Positions 18,249 through 26,957 of a stretch of 64,000 nt of DNA are shown one piece after another; position 1 is the first letter of the stretch, and each line of letters starts with the position of its first letter. Source of the DNA: Deltaproteobacteria bacterium (GTDB taxonomy: Bacteria; Desulfobacterota; Desulfomonilia; UBA1062); the NCBI GenBank assembly GCA_017992605.1, contig JAGOOG010000013.1, forward strand, positions 6,438 through 70,437, read 5' to 3'. A program made the position numbers and the translations under genes. The notes under the pieces are model-generated. The model was not told where the DNA came from. It did no database searches and saw only the letters and a program-made list of their open reading frames with translations.

Positions 18249-20686
18249 TACGCTTCCTTGCCTTCCGGTATCCATACCGTGAATGTGGATCCTTCCGCAA
18301 GCCTCGAGGTCACGGATATCCTGCCCCCCATCGATTCGACGATCTCCCTGGCCAGGCACAGCCCCAGCCCCATGCCGGTCTTGAGCGGCCATGCGGTGTA
18401 CATGGGGTCGAATATCTTCTTGACCTGCTCCGCGTCCATGCCGATGCCGTGATCGACGACGGCCAGCTCTATGCCGTTGTCCTTCCTGGCTACCTTCACG
18501 AGGACCTGTGAACCTTTCGACGAGGCGTTGATCGCATTCATGAGCAGGTTGATGACGACCTGCTCCATGGCCTCAGCCTTCATGCGGACCTGAGCCGGCT
18601 CGACATCCTTCACCAGGGCGATGCCCCCGGCGCTCGCCTGTGCGCCGATGAGCTGGAAGACGCCTTCCACGAATCCCTCCAGCCCGACCTCCCCTTCCGG
18701 GCTCTCCCACTTCCTGGTGAAGCCCAGGAGCTGGTTGACGATCTTGAGAAGGTTCTCCGAGGCGGTGATGATGTTGCCGAGCATGTCAGGCAGGTCCTGG
18801 TCCTCCTCGTTGCCGCGGAGCACCCTGATCCGGTTCTGCCTGAGGTCGTCCCTGATGATGCTCGCGAACCCATGGATGGCCCCCAGCGGGCTCTTCATGT
18901 TATGGGCCATGGAGGCTGCCAGCGAGCCCACCACGGACATCTTGGCATAGGCCAGGGTCCGCTTCTGTTCTTCGAGCTCTGCCGTGATATCCCACAGGGC
19001 GAGCAGCATGAGCGAACCGTTCGACACCGGGCGCACGGCGATCCGGAAGGTCCTCCCGTCCCGCGCCCAGAACACGTCTCTGACCTTCCTGGCGCCGAGG
19101 GCCTCCTTGAGGAGCGCCGCGCCCTTGTCCGTCGAGGCATCCAGGGAAGCGGCCAGGTCATCGCCAGGCACGCCCAGGAGATCCCTGATTTCCCGGGACA
19201 CGGGGTTCTCGATCCGGACGAGGTTCTTCTCTTCCACCAGGCACAGGCCGATGGTGGAGGAGCTCATGAGCTCCCGGTTCAGCTCCATGAGCTCTTCGGT
19301 CTTCTGCTTCTCCTGCGATGCCGTCCTGAGGGCCTGCCTGAGCAGCGTCTTCTCCTGGGAAAGGGCGTTCTCCGCGTGGATGCGACGAAGGGAGGATGCC
19401 ACCGCGGTGATCAGCGACGAGATGAAATCCTGGTCGTCCCCGAGGTCCATGTCGCTCAGGTCGAGGTAGACGAACACGCCCGAGGGCAGACTCATGCCGG
19501 CGGAATACCCACCCTCGATGGCCAGGGTCTTGACCTCCGCATCGCCCACCTTGATGAACCTGGGCGAGGAGCCCTCCCGGTGCTCGAACACCAGGTTGGT
19601 GTCGCCCAGCCTGAACCCCCCCATGAACCCCTTGATGAGCCCTGCCTTGAACAGGGTCTCGGCGGCCCGGGCCAGGGCGTCCGTGATCTTGGAGGTGTTG
19701 TTGAGTTCCCTGAGGACCATGAGCAGAATATCGGAGCGTCTCCGGGCGACGCCCGTGACCAGGCTCTCCTGCTGGAGCCTCATGGAGATCTCCGAGAGTC
19801 TCATGCCGGCCCTGTTCACCAGGGAGAAGAGCCCCTCGGTTGGCTTGCCTATGCCGATGTCCTCGCAGAGCGAATCGATCTGCCTCGGGACGCTCGCCAT
19901 GAGCCCGTCGAGAACCTGCTCGCTCAGGGACAGCCTCCTGATGAGCGATGCAGGGACCTGCGGCGGGTACATGTTTCCCGACGCGCCTATGCCCGTCATG
20001 TGGGCGAGGATGTTGGCTATGTGCACAATGCCCGATACCCTGAACTGGTCTTCGTCGATGACCTTGACGGGCGCATGGTGGCACCAGACGGTCTCCTCGT
20101 AGAGCCGGGGCAGCTTCCAGTGGGCAAGCACGTCCCGACCGACCTCGGCATGGGTGGTCCCGAGCATGTCCCTCTCCAGCTCCTCGAGGGGCCGGGAGCC
20201 GTCCCCCGCCTTCTCCACGACCGAAGCGTATTCACCGGGCCGCACCACATCGAGGACCAGCTTTCCGATATCGTGGAGCAGCCCTGCACAGAACGCCTTT
20301 GCACGGAACTGCGGCGCCAGTTCGTTCATCATGGCTTCCGCGTAGACGGCGCAGCCGAAGCAGTGTCTCCAGAACTGGTTGTGGTCGAGGGCCGAATCCT
20401 TCTTGGAGGGGAACATGTTGAGCACGCACAGCCCCAGTGCCAGCGTCCTGACTGCCTCTGCACCGATGGCCACCACCGCTTCCCTGACCGTGTGTACCTG
20501 GCGGGACCGCTTGTAGAAGCTCGAGTTCGCGAGCGACAGGATGCGCGCCGTCAGGGCCTGGTCCTTCTCGATGAGGTCGGCGATCTTGCTGACCGAGACC
20601 TCCTCGTCAAGCGCCATTCTGATCACCGAATCCGCAATCTCCGGCAGGACCGGCAAGGAATGCACATCAACAATGAGTGATTTCAT
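18248..20686 (-). CDS. HDOD-GAF/PAS-histidine kinase sensor
   Basis: N-terminal HDOD (..LANSSFYKRSRQVHTVREAVVAIG...GLLHDIGKLVLD), central sensory domains, HisKA (MAHNMKSPLGAI) and HATPase_c (GMGLGLCLAREIVESMGGRI). Start MKSLIV overlaps the radical-SAM stop. Confidence 0.8.
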   Translation of the reverse strand: MKSLIVDVHSLPVLPEIADSVIRMALDEEVSVSKIADLIEKDQALTARILSLANSSFYKRSRQVHTVREAVVAIGAEAVRTLALGLCVLNMFPSKKDSALDHNQFWRHCFGCAVYAEAMMNELAPQFRAKAFCAGLLHDIGKLVLDVVRPGEYASVVEKAGDGSRPLEELERDMLGTTHAEVGRDVLAHWKLPRLYEETVWCHHAPVKVIDEDQFRVSGIVHIANILAHMTGIGASGNMYPPQVPASLIRRLSLSEQVLDGLMASVPRQIDSLCEDIGIGKPTEGLFSLVNRAGMRLSEISMRLQQESLVTGVARRRSDILLMVLRELNNTSKITDALARAAETLFKAGLIKGFMGGFRLGDTNLVFEHREGSSPRFIKVGDAEVKTLAIEGGYSAGMSLPSGVFVYLDLSDMDLGDDQDFISSLITAVASSLRRIHAENALSQEKTLLRQALRTASQEKQKTEELMELNRELMSSSTIGLCLVEEKNLVRIENPVSREIRDLLGVPGDDLAASLDASTDKGAALLKEALGARKVRDVFWARDGRTFRIAVRPVSNGSLMLLALWDITAELEEQKRTLAYAKMSVVGSLAASMAHNMKSPLGAIHGFASIIRDDLRQNRIRVLRGNEEDQDLPDMLGNIITASENLLKIVNQLLGFTRKWESPEGEVGLEGFVEGVFQLIGAQASAGGIALVKDVEPAQVRMKAEAMEQVVINLLMNAINASSKGSQVLVKVARKDNGIELAVVDHGIGMDAEQVKKIFDPMYTAWPLKTGMGLGLCLAREIVESMGGRISVTSRLAEGSTFTVWIPEGKEA

Positions 20687-21726
20687 AGAATATACTCTAA
20701 AATATCCTGTAGTTGGATACAAGTACTTTCTGGCGCGGCATCTCCCCTGATAGTACCCCTCGGTATTGTCTCATTAAAACTGTATGAAAAATTCAACTCC
20801 CTGGCGGTCCCGCGGCGATACCCGACGAGTTCCGGGACATCACGGGGGTTGACGACCAGTCTGCAGCCCTCTCCCAGGATGCTGATCGCCCGTGCCGCCA
20901 TGAACCTGTAGGCGCGGGCCCTGACGAGGAACCCGAAGCACGGGTGGAAGGGGCCGGAGGCCACCTTCAGCGCCGGCGACTGGGGCAGGCCCATGCGCAG
21001 GATGGTGCATCCCTGTGTCTCAAGCCTTATCGCTGCATGAAGCGCCCTGTCGACCGCCTCCTCCAGGGTCAGTGGTTCATAGTCGCCCAGACGGTGGAGA
21101 TTCTCCAGCGCCGTACCTTCCAGGACCACGGTGGGGTATATCCTCGCGGTATGGGGTCTCAGCCGCAGCACTTCGTCGACGGTCCGCCTGAAGGAAGGGA
21201 TACCTTCGCCGGGCAGGCCGGGCATGAGCTGGATGCCGAGGCGCATGCCGGACGTCCTGACCAGCGTGCAGGCGCGTACGGAGTCATCGCTGGTGTGCCC
21301 GCGCGCACTCGCGGCCAGCACGGCGTCGTCCATGGACTGGACGCCGATTTCCAGTTCCTCGAATCCTGACCGCCAGAGCAGGTCGATGACCTCCTCCGTG
21401 ACCATGTCGGGCCGTGTGGAGGCCTTGGCTGCATGGATATGCCCATCGTCGACAAGACCCCGGGTCACCTCCAGGTAGTCCCGCAGGAACCGGGGCTCCA
21501 TACCGGTGAAGGACCCGCCGAAGAATCCCAGGATGCGCCTGCGGGATCGGCCGGATGCGCACCCGTCGATGAACCGTTCCACGACGAGCGGTATTTCATC
21601 GGGTTGCACTGGGGGCGAGAACTGCCTCTGATCGCAGAACAGGCACCGGTGGGGACACCCCAGGTTCGAGATGAAGACCGGGATGACTACAGGGGGTAAT
21701 CCAGCAATCTCAATGCCTCCTTGCAT
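20683..21726 (-). CDS. Radical SAM protein (CxxxCxxC; TIGR01212/ELP3-like family)
   Basis: GCPHRCLFCDQ cluster near the N-terminus, 347 aa. Overlaps the rnc 3' end by 40 nt in another frame. Confidence 0.75.
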   Translation of the reverse strand: MQGGIEIAGLPPVVIPVFISNLGCPHRCLFCDQRQFSPPVQPDEIPLVVERFIDGCASGRSRRRILGFFGGSFTGMEPRFLRDYLEVTRGLVDDGHIHAAKASTRPDMVTEEVIDLLWRSGFEELEIGVQSMDDAVLAASARGHTSDDSVRACTLVRTSGMRLGIQLMPGLPGEGIPSFRRTVDEVLRLRPHTARIYPTVVLEGTALENLHRLGDYEPLTLEEAVDRALHAAIRLETQGCTILRMGLPQSPALKVASGPFHPCFGFLVRARAYRFMAARAISILGEGCRLVVNPRDVPELVGYRRGTARELNFSYSFNETIPRGTIRGDAAPESTCIQLQDILEYIL

Positions 21727-22376
21727 GCCTCCTGCGCAGCCTGTTTCTTGTTCTTGCCCACGCCCCGGCCGATAACGCCGCCGTCCATGGCCACGCTGAC
21801 CTCGAATTCCTTCTCGTGCTCCGGTCCGCGTTCGCCAACCACCGTTATCCTGGGCAGGGCCTTGAACTGTGACTGACAGTACTCGAGCAGGAGGCTCTTG
21901 TAATCGGTTATGGAGACCTCCTCGAAGGTGCCGAAGGCCTCCTCGAAATGCCTCTCGATGACTGCAGAGGCCGTCTCGTAGGAACTGTCGAGGAAGATGG
22001 CGCCCACAACGGCTTCGTACGCGTCGGCGAGGAGAGACGCCTTCTGCCTCCCGCCGTCCATCTCCTCGCCCTTGCCCAGGTACAGGAACCTGCCCAAGCC
22101 CAGGTACCGGGCGATCCTGGAGAGGGCACCCTCGTTGATGAGTTCGGCCCTCTTCTTGGTGAGGGGGCCTTCCTTCTCTTCAGGAAACAGGTGGAAGAGA
22201 CGGGCCGTGATGATGGAGCTGATCACCGTGTCACCAAGAAATTCCAGGCGCTGGTTGTCCCTGCCGGCAAGCTCCCGGTGCTCGTTCACATAGGTGGTGT
22301 GCATGAGGGACTCCCTCAGGAGATCCTTGTCGGTAAAGGTATACCCCAGCCTTTCCTCGAGCAGCTCAATCTCCAT
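21687..22376 (-). CDS. rnc: Ribonuclease III
   Basis: ERLEFLGDTV RNase III signature and a C-terminal dsRBD. 229 aa. Confidence 0.95.
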   Translation of the reverse strand: MEIELLEERLGYTFTDKDLLRESLMHTTYVNEHRELAGRDNQRLEFLGDTVISSIITARLFHLFPEEKEGPLTKKRAELINEGALSRIARYLGLGRFLYLGKGEEMDGGRQKASLLADAYEAVVGAIFLDSSYETASAVIERHFEEAFGTFEEVSITDYKSLLLEYCQSQFKALPRITVVGERGPEHEKEFEVSVAMDGGVIGRGVGKNKKQAAQEACKEALRLLDYPL

Positions 22377-23142
22377 GGAGCAGTCTCTCCAGATCGGCCT
22401 GTTTCAGTGACGCGACACCTTCGGCCTGGACGCCCAGGCGGTAGTGGATGGGGGTCACCGAGATCATCCTGTTCCTCAGGCAGACCGCATCGGTGTCCTC
22501 GGCCTCGTCAATGATGCGGGTCCAGCCTCCCTGCCAGTAATAGATCGTTCCCCGGGGGCTCTCCCGCCTCATGAACTCGTCCACGATACGGGACTCGCCC
22601 TGCCGGGTGACGCGCACTCCTCTGACCTCCTGCAGCGGCCCGGAGGGACAGTTCACGTTCAGGGCACAGGGCAGTTTGACCTGCCTGTGGGCGAGCATGC
22701 CGGCAAGACCGGCCCCGAAGGCGGCCGCGGCCCGGTAGTCCGGGCTCAGGTAGTTGTCCACGGACAGGGCGATCCCGGTGTATCCCAGGATGAGCGCCTC
22801 GGTGGCGGCGGAGACCGTGCCTGAATAGAGCACGTTGATGCCCACGTTTTCTCCCTTGTTGATGCCGGATACCACCACATCGGGAGGTTCTTCCATGATG
22901 CACGAGATCCCCAGCTTCACGCAGTCCGCGGGTGAGCCGGTGATGCCCCAGCCGTAGAACCCCCCCGACCGGTGGACGGGGATCACCTTGAGAGGGTCTG
23001 ATATGGTGATGGTATGACCCACTGCCGACTGCTCGGTGACAGGGGCGATGACAACGACCTCGCCGACCTTCTCGAGTTCCTGCTTGATGGCTGCGAGGCC
23101 CTGCGCGTAGATGCCATCGTCATTGGTCAGCAAAAACCGCAT
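22366..23142 (-). CDS. surE: 5'/3'-nucleotidase SurE
   Basis: MRFLLTNDDGI N-terminal signature. The track ORF has a 12-codon spurious extension. Confidence 0.9.
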   Translation of the reverse strand: MRFLLTNDDGIYAQGLAAIKQELEKVGEVVVIAPVTEQSAVGHTITISDPLKVIPVHRSGGFYGWGITGSPADCVKLGISCIMEEPPDVVVSGINKGENVGINVLYSGTVSAATEALILGYTGIALSVDNYLSPDYRAAAAFGAGLAGMLAHRQVKLPCALNVNCPSGPLQEVRGVRVTRQGESRIVDEFMRRESPRGTIYYWQGGWTRIIDEAEDTDAVCLRNRMISVTPIHYRLGVQAEGVASLKQADLERLLHGD

Positions 23143-23284
23143 ACCACGCTCTTTAGCCCTTTGCAGGAAGTTATGCAAGAACCAAGAGGCGCTTCGGCGA
23201 GACGCAGGGATCCTGGGTTCGCGTGGCCTGACCCTGTCGTAAAAAACTAGTCAGGGTCGACATCTCGCCGGCCCCCATCGAAGG

Positions 23285-23815
23285 TCAATCGAGCACATAG
23301 GCGAAGTGCCCTGTCACCTTCAGGGTCTTTTCCCCCTTGTTCTCGGTCAGAGGCCCGAAGGGGGCAGCCTGTTCGATGGCGGCCATGGCTGCGGAGTCGA
23401 GGCTCATGGAGCCGGAGCTCTTCAGGACGCCGATGTCCATGACCTCTCCCCTGTCATTGAGCACGAACACTATGCTCACCCTTCCCTGCTCGCCCTTGAA
23501 GATGGCATCCTCGGGATATTCCCAGATGCGGAATATCTTTACCTTGAGGTGGTCGAGATATCCGACTGCCACGCCGCCCTCGGCGACGAAGCTCACGCCG
23601 CCCTCCATCTCCTCCTCATCGGGAAGCGGCGCCTCATCCTGCTGCGCAAGCTCCTCGATGGGTTTCATCAGTTCCGGCGGGATGCTCACGAGCCTCACAG
23701 GCACATTCGGCCGGTCGCCCAGTGCCTGTCTCGCCATGATCATGATGGGCTGGATGAGGATGGCCACGTGCAGGAGGAGAGACAGGGCCAGGCAGAGCAT
23801 CATCCGTGTCGACAT
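23285..23815 (-). CDS. TonB-family protein (TonB C-terminal domain)
   Basis: N-terminal TM helix, an acidic/Pro linker, and a C-terminal ...GRVSIVFVLNDRGEVMDIGVLKSSGSMSLDSAAMAAIEQAAPF typical of TonB_C. Confidence 0.7.
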   Translation of the reverse strand: MSTRMMLCLALSLLLHVAILIQPIMIMARQALGDRPNVPVRLVSIPPELMKPIEELAQQDEAPLPDEEEMEGGVSFVAEGGVAVGYLDHLKVKIFRIWEYPEDAIFKGEQGRVSIVFVLNDRGEVMDIGVLKSSGSMSLDSAAMAAIEQAAPFGPLTENKGEKTLKVTGHFAYVLD

Positions 23816-23924
23816 GCCATTATCAAAGACAGCTTGCCCACGGGGTGTCAAGATACAAAAAAGATATGAGGGTGGCCTGCTTGCAGGACGTTGATCATCT
23901 CCTCATGAGTATGCTATGGTGCTA

Positions 23925-24024
23925 GGCGGAAGCGGACGGGTCCTGGTGGGTCCCCCGGACTTCAAATCCGGTGTCGGGCGCGACGAGCGTCTGGGGAGGG
24001 TTCGATTCCCTTGCGCTTCCGCCA
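23925..24024 (+). tRNA. selC: tRNA-Sec (selenocysteine tRNA, anticodon UCA)
   Basis: About 100 nt. Anticodon arm ACTTCAAAT is identical to E. coli selC (loop CUUCAAA, anticodon UCA). 6-bp D-stem with 4-nt loop (GGGUCC-UGGU-GGGUCC). Long variable arm and a TTCGATT T-loop. The acceptor stem can pair as 8-10 bp, so the exact ends are within about 3 nt. Confidence 0.8.
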
Positions 24025-24095
24025 TGTAGAGATATCGTGAAGGCCCGTGCATTGGGCTTTACACTTTGCGGTCTTCCGTCTATCCTATTGCTGCA

Positions 24096-24470
24096 ATGAA
24101 AAGGCGGTTCACAACCATCGGTGCCCTGTTGCTGCTCTTCCTCGTCACATCCTGCGCGAGTGCCCCTGACCAGGGCGTCCACATGTCCCACAAGGGTGAC
24201 GTCGATGCAGGCGTCTATACCAAGGGGGCCGACACCTTCGGACCCGGGAACGTCCCGACGGTGGTCGTGACCGGTTGCGGCGAACGCAACGTCACCATCG
24301 AACTGATCGATGCCGCCTCGGGCACGATAGTGCAGACCCGCAGGGATTATGTCCCGAGAAACTGGACCAGGTGGTGGTTTTTCCCCGGCCTGCCGCCGGG
24401 GTCCTATCAGGTCGTGCTGCGTATAGCCGGCACCGTATCCGGCAGTGCATCGTTCACGGTGACAGAGTAG
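24096..24470 (+). CDS. Hypothetical lipoprotein
   Basis: Signal peptide plus lipobox LVTSC, 124 aa, no recognisable domain. Confidence 0.55.
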   Translation: MKRRFTTIGALLLLFLVTSCASAPDQGVHMSHKGDVDAGVYTKGADTFGPGNVPTVVVTGCGERNVTIELIDAASGTIVQTRRDYVPRNWTRWWFFPGLPPGSYQVVLRIAGTVSGSASFTVTE

Positions 24471-24670
24471 CGTTGGCACCCCTTCCTGCGGACCACGATT
24501 TTCACCTGCATAAAAAAGAAATCGATCTTTATAAACAGTGACTTGTGTCTTAAATTGGAGATCCTAACTCCTCGCCCTTGACACCATCGTCATGCCGATT
24601 ATATTTTTTACAGTTTAGTAATATCGATTCGATGTTTTTATAATATAATTTGAGGGGTGTTTCGAGATCC

Positions 24671-25345
24671 ATGCCTGCCGCCATTGAAGAACGCAAGGCC
24701 GAGACCCGCGACATGATCATGCTGGCCGCCCGGAAGGTCTTCTCCGAGAAGGGCTACCACAAGGCGCAGATCAGCGACATCGTCAAAGAAGCAGGTATAT
24801 CCACGGGCAGCATCTATGCCCATTTCAAGGACAAGCGTGACCTCTTTGAACAGGTTTCGCGGGAGAATCTCCAGACGCTGCGGACCCAGCTCCAGGATCT
24901 GCGAAAAACCACCCGTCCCGACGATTTTTCCGGACGAGTGGAAACCTGGAAACTCACCTACAGTGCTTTCTTCGATTTCGTTGACCGGTACCCCCAGGAG
25001 CTCCTCATGATCGTCAGGGGCGGCTTCGGCGTCGACGAGGATCACGATCAGAGCCTCTGGGCGTTTTTCTATGCCTTTGCAGAGGATATGGCAAGGGACT
25101 TTCAGAAATGGATGGATCTGGGATTCCTCCAGGGTTTGAACCCTTTTCTCATGGGCCAGATAACCGTGGGCATGTGCCTGCAGACGGCCCACAGCTACAT
25201 CGAGGACCGGAAGTTCTCCCGGCGCGAGGCCATAAACACCCTCATGGCGCTCAACAGCGCCATGTTCTCCATTTATCTCACGGACAAGGGAAGGAAGGAG
25301 CTAGGCGACCTGAGCGTTCCCCAGCTCCCTGAACATGAGGAGTGA
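24671..25345 (+). CDS. TetR/AcrR family transcriptional regulator
   Basis: N-terminal HTH ...KGYHKAQISDIVKEAGISTGSIYAHFKDKRDLF... An AT-rich upstream region holds ATCGAT-centred palindromes. Confidence 0.85.
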   Translation: MPAAIEERKAETRDMIMLAARKVFSEKGYHKAQISDIVKEAGISTGSIYAHFKDKRDLFEQVSRENLQTLRTQLQDLRKTTRPDDFSGRVETWKLTYSAFFDFVDRYPQELLMIVRGGFGVDEDHDQSLWAFFYAFAEDMARDFQKWMDLGFLQGLNPFLMGQITVGMCLQTAHSYIEDRKFSRREAINTLMALNSAMFSIYLTDKGRKELGDLSVPQLPEHEE

Positions 25346-25438
25346 GGCGTCCTACACGACGTCTCGGGCAATTCGCGGTCTTGCTGTACAGGCATCGGCC
25401 CCGTTTTACTGAAGAACTCTGTAAGGAAGGAGGATTCC

Positions 25439-26947
25439 ATGCTTTCCAGCCCTGAGGTAGCATCATTTCTCGCCCGGTTCCCCAGGTTCGAGGACACCCT
25501 GCTCAGCCTCCAGTATGCCCCCAGACTGCCCAGGGGCATGGTCGAGGAGACGAGGCAGGTCATCGCCATGGCCCGGAAGTTCAACGACGAGGTGACCAGG
25601 CCGCAGGCCCTGAAGCTCGATCGGAAGACACACGAGGATCCGGATTACCTGCCTCACGAGATCGTGGAGGAGGCAAACCGGAGAGGTTTCTACAGCATGT
25701 GGGTACCCAAGCTCTTCGGCGGCAAGGGAGTGAACATGCCCTCCATGTCGTACTTCGTCGAAGAGGTGGGATCGGTGTGCCTGGGTATCATGAACGTCCT
25801 CGGCGTGCATTATCTCGGGGTTGCCGGCCTCATGTCGTCCCAGAACACTCCACTGATCAAGAGGGTCCTCCGGGAGGTGGTGGACGGTGAGAAGACCGGG
25901 AAGCCCTGCCTCATCGCCCTGGCCATCACCGAACCCGGTGCGGGCACCGACGTCGAGGAGGTCGACCTCGTGGATAAGGGCAAGGTGACCTGCCATGCCA
26001 AGCGGGTCAAGGGCGGGTACATCTTCAACGGGAACAAAATTTTCATCTCCATGGGGCATGTCTCCGACTGGACGGTCCTCTACGGCGTCACCGACCTCAA
26101 GCGTCCCTCCCAGACCAACGTGGGTGTGATGGTAAAACAGGGCATGAAGGGCTTCTCTCTGGGCAAGCACGAGAACAAGATGGGCCAGCGGGTCTGCCCG
26201 GCCAGCGAACTCATCTTCGAGGACTGCTTTGTGCCGGACGAGCTGGTGCTCTACGACCCGGAGAGCATGCAGAAGTACTCGAACAAGCCCGTCAGGGTGC
26301 TGCTCCAGCGCTACATCGACTACATCGTGTCCGTCACGAGGCCCGGGGTCTGCGCCATGGGCGTGGGAGCGGCCCGGGGGGCCTTCGAGCATGCCCTGAA
26401 GTTCGCTGCCGAGACCGAACTGAACGGCAAGCCCATGATCAACCACGAGTGGGTCCAGTGCTGGCTGGCCGAGATGTACAAGAACGTCTGCCTGGGCAGG
26501 CTCGCCTACATCGAGGCCAACTATGCCAACAGCCACCGCGGCATCTACAACCTGCTCCAGGTGAAGCCCCTGTACTACTACCAGAAGTACCTGCCGGGCG
26601 CCTATTTCGACAAGGTCGTGGCGCCCATGCTCGACAAGGAGTCGTCGAAGGCGCTCATGAACAGGGTCTACTTCGACTGGCACGGCCTGGACGACGACCG
26701 CTGCGCCTCGGGCTGGGCCTCGCTGGCCAAGTTCTCGGGCACTGACATCGGGGTGAAGAACTGCCAGATGGCACTCGAACTCATGGGCCAGGCAGGCCTC
26801 AGGCAGGACCGGGGGGTAGAGAAGATCCTCAGGGACGCCAAGCTGGTCCAGATCTACGAGGGAACCAACCAGCTCAACCGCCTGAACCTGTTCAAGTGCC
26901 TCATCGCCCCGTCAATCCCCAATGCACGTGTCTTTGAAGAAGAATGA
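25439..26947 (+). CDS. Acyl-CoA dehydrogenase family protein (large, catalytic-type)
   Basis: 502 aa. ...IALAITEPGAGTDVEEV... FAD/substrate motif. C-terminal ...IYEGTNQL... Confidence 0.85.
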   Translation: MLSSPEVASFLARFPRFEDTLLSLQYAPRLPRGMVEETRQVIAMARKFNDEVTRPQALKLDRKTHEDPDYLPHEIVEEANRRGFYSMWVPKLFGGKGVNMPSMSYFVEEVGSVCLGIMNVLGVHYLGVAGLMSSQNTPLIKRVLREVVDGEKTGKPCLIALAITEPGAGTDVEEVDLVDKGKVTCHAKRVKGGYIFNGNKIFISMGHVSDWTVLYGVTDLKRPSQTNVGVMVKQGMKGFSLGKHENKMGQRVCPASELIFEDCFVPDELVLYDPESMQKYSNKPVRVLLQRYIDYIVSVTRPGVCAMGVGAARGAFEHALKFAAETELNGKPMINHEWVQCWLAEMYKNVCLGRLAYIEANYANSHRGIYNLLQVKPLYYYQKYLPGAYFDKVVAPMLDKESSKALMNRVYFDWHGLDDDRCASGWASLAKFSGTDIGVKNCQMALELMGQAGLRQDRGVEKILRDAKLVQIYEGTNQLNRLNLFKCLIAPSIPNARVFEEE

Positions 26948-26957
26948 GGAGGTCGCC

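Noticed and set aside
23922-24479. 185-aa minus-strand ORF spanning selC and the lipoprotein gene
   Set aside because: It overlaps a well-structured tRNA and a plus-strand signal-peptide ORF. It has no motifs and is probably spurious.
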